From an uncultured Desulfobacter sp. (lineage in GTDB: Bacteria > Desulfobacterota > Desulfobacteria > Desulfobacterales > Desulfobacteraceae), in contig OY762069.1 in the NCBI GenBank assembly GCA_963665095.1, positions 3,616,001 to 3,680,000 of the forward strand: a stretch of DNA of 64,000 bases. Direction: 5' to 3'. The position numbers were made by a program, and so were the translations under genes. The number at the start of each line of letters is the position of its first letter. The stretch's first letter is position 1. Under the pieces are notes generated by a model. The model saw only the letters and a list, made by a program, of their open reading frames with translations. It searched no databases and was not told the origin of the DNA. Of the stretch, positions 61,848 to 64,000 are shown piece by piece.

Positions 61848-63263
61848 CTACATGTCTTCCAGCTCCCGGCCCTTGGTCTCTTTCACGAAAAGATACACAA
61901 AAAAGACAGAGACACCTGCAAACAGGGCATACCCGCCATATGCAACGCTTAGCCCGAAACTTCCGATAATGGGCGGAAAGGTGGTGGAAACCAGAAAATT
62001 GGAAATCCACTGCATGGCGGCAGCCAGGGAGAGTGCGGCCGCGCGGATACGGTTGGGAAACATTTCGCCTAAAAGCACCCACACCACAGGTCCCCAGGAA
62101 AATCCAAAGAAAAACACATAGAGATTGGCAGATACCAGGGCCATGATGCCGGTGAGATGAGACAGAACCGGCTGGCCGGTATCCGGGCTGATATCTGCTG
62201 TGCCAAACACCACGGCAAGAAGACCCAAAGTTACGGTCATGCCAATGGACCCCACCAGAAGCAGAGGTTTGCGTCCCCACCGGTCCACATACCGGATGGC
62301 GATCAGGGTGGTAACGATGTTGACGATCCCTGTGATCACTGCAATCTTAAGGGAGTCTGACTCTGCAAACCCCACCACCCGCCAAAGGGTTGTGCCGTAA
62401 TAGAAAATCACATTAATGCCCACCAGCTGCTGGAGCATGGACAGAATCGTGCCAACCCAGACAATGGGCAGAAGGCCGAATTTTCCCACAAGGTCTAAAA
62501 ATCGAGGTTTGTACTCGGCATCCAGGCTGTTTTTAATGTCAGTGACCTTTGCGCGGGCCTGGGCACCCATCACCTTTTCCAGCACCTGCCGGGCCTCATC
62601 GTCCCGGCCCTTTGCCACAAGATAACGCGGCGATTCAGGGATCACCAGGGAAAAAGCCCCGTAAATAAAGGCAGCCGGAATTTCAGACCAGAACATCCAC
62701 TGCCATCCCTTGAAACCAAACCAGGCCACACCTTCGGCCGATCCCCCGGCAGCCCTGGCCACCCAGAAGTCTGACAAAAGGGCAATAAAAATCCCCACAA
62801 CAATGGCCAGCTGCTGCAAAGAGGCAAGCCGGCCCCGCATGGCTGCCGGAGAGACCTCGGCAATATAAGCAGGGGCAATCACGGAGGCCGCGCCCACGCC
62901 AATGCCGCCCAGCACCCGCCAGAAGATAAAATCGTACAGCCCAAAGGGCATCCCACTTCCCAGGGCACTGATAAAAAAAAGGCCTGCCGCAATGGTCATG
63001 GTGCGGGTTCTGCCGATGCGGTCGGCAAGGGGCCCTGCGATAAAGGCCCCGGCAGCAGATCCTAACAGTGCCAGAGAGACGGCCAGCCCGATCTGAAGTG
63101 CGGATGCATTGAACGCCTTTTGTACGGCCATGACCGCTCCGCTGATCACAGCGGTATCAAATCCGAATAGAAAGCCGCCAAGGGCGGCGGCTGAGGCAAT
63201 CAGGATCACAAACCCTGTTCCAGGGGAATCATTTTCGCCGGGTGCTGCATTGGTGGGCACCAT
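61848..63263 (-). CDS. Sugar porter family MFS transporter (GlcP-like)
   Basis: GGFLFGFDTAVISGA, DRIGR, PESPR, QQLVGINVIFYYG, ETKG. Confidence 0.95.
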   Translation of the reverse strand: MVPTNAAPGENDSPGTGFVILIASAAALGGFLFGFDTAVISGAVMAVQKAFNASALQIGLAVSLALLGSAAGAFIAGPLADRIGRTRTMTIAAGLFFISALGSGMPFGLYDFIFWRVLGGIGVGAASVIAPAYIAEVSPAAMRGRLASLQQLAIVVGIFIALLSDFWVARAAGGSAEGVAWFGFKGWQWMFWSEIPAAFIYGAFSLVIPESPRYLVAKGRDDEARQVLEKVMGAQARAKVTDIKNSLDAEYKPRFLDLVGKFGLLPIVWVGTILSMLQQLVGINVIFYYGTTLWRVVGFAESDSLKIAVITGIVNIVTTLIAIRYVDRWGRKPLLLVGSIGMTVTLGLLAVVFGTADISPDTGQPVLSHLTGIMALVSANLYVFFFGFSWGPVVWVLLGEMFPNRIRAAALSLAAAMQWISNFLVSTTFPPIIGSFGLSVAYGGYALFAGVSVFFVYLFVKETKGRELEDM

Positions 63264-63374
63264 TTTTAATTGTCCTTATCTTGGTGAAAAGATGAGAAAT
63301 TGCTCTGTACCACATTTTTAATCGTTTATTACAGCAATCCCGGATGGGGAAACCGGGCACAATCCTAAATTACG

Positions 63375-64000
63375 CTATCTGCCTGCCATTGTTTCAAAAC
63401 CATACCAGGCAGCCCCGTGCAGGGCGGCACCGGGATCAAGAATCACATGAACGGGCATGCTGGAGCAAAGTTCAAAAAACCGGCCCTTGTCCGCAATGGC
63501 ACTTAAAAAATCAGGCCGGGCAAGCCTGTCTATAATCCGCAGAGGGATACCGCCGCCGAGATAAATACCGCCGGTGGGAAGCAATGTCACGGCCATGTTG
63601 CTGGTCACGGTTCCCAAAGCCCGGACAAACATGTCCAAAGTGGCCTCGCAGATATCCGCCTTGTTTTCCATGGCAGCCGACACAATTACAGGGGTTTTGT
63701 CTTTGGCCCCGGCCAGCTCCTTTTTCAACCATTCAGGCTCCGGAAAAATCCCTTTTTCAAGAAAAAACTCGTAAATATTGGGCAACTGACTGCCGGAACA
63801 AACCCGTTCAAAACTGACATGACCGTAGCGCCGGCTTAAAAATTCCAGAAGTTCCACCTCCTGGGGCTCCCTCGGGGAAAAGGCAATGTGCCCGCCCTCG
63901 CTGGCACAGGCCCGGTAACGCTTACCGGTCCACACCAGAAATGCAATGCCAAGCCCGGTTCCCGGCGCGATAACCGCCAGGTTTCCCCTGGGTTCCGCCT
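63375..64000 (-). CDS. glk: Glucokinase (5' part outside window)
   Basis: AVIAPGTGLG, ASEGGH, VSFERVCSG, GGIYLGGGI, DKGRF. Confidence 0.92.
   Translation of the reverse strand, partial: AEPRGNLAVIAPGTGLGIAFLVWTGKRYRACASEGGHIAFSPREPQEVELLEFLSRRYGHVSFERVCSGSQLPNIYEFFLEKGIFPEPEWLKKELAGAKDKTPVIVSAAMENKADICEATLDMFVRALGTVTSNMAVTLLPTGGIYLGGGIPLRIIDRLARPDFLSAIADKGRFFELCSSMPVHVILDPGAALHGAAWYGFETMAGR

Overview
Bacterial chromosomal window, most likely from a sulfate-reducing Desulfobacteraceae-type deltaproteobacterium (inferred from gene content). Core-like genes: nrdJ (class II RNR), a tetR-icmF-thiolase-hbd operon, tauE, GNAT, a sugar porter and glucokinase, an FMN alpha-hydroxy-acid dehydrogenase, and a TonB/FecCD metal-uptake operon. 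These are interleaved with decayed accessory regions. (1) A LysR-rocD-ddaH-ctlX methylarginine/citrulline/ornithine catabolic locus. It is followed by an 8.1 kb block of orphan solute-binding proteins, a Cache protein and a diguanylate cyclase, bracketed by a 184 bp direct repeat of the ctlX 3' end. (2) A ~20 kb island (33.5-53.6 kb). It holds an intact 3,098 bp TG...CA three-gene transposon with a 5 bp target duplication, IS4/IS1380/IS1182-like elements, and an integrase-less attC cassette cluster (TIR/NDT-like candidate defence gene, Fic, choloylglycine-hydrolase family). It also holds a sigma54-controlled operon of two class III aminotransferases plus an amidohydrolase. The second aminotransferase has Glu in place of the PLP lysine and shows motif loss reciprocal to the first, suggesting a single-active-site heterodimer; this is the best candidate for an undescribed system. 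No rRNA, tRNA or CRISPR array was seen.
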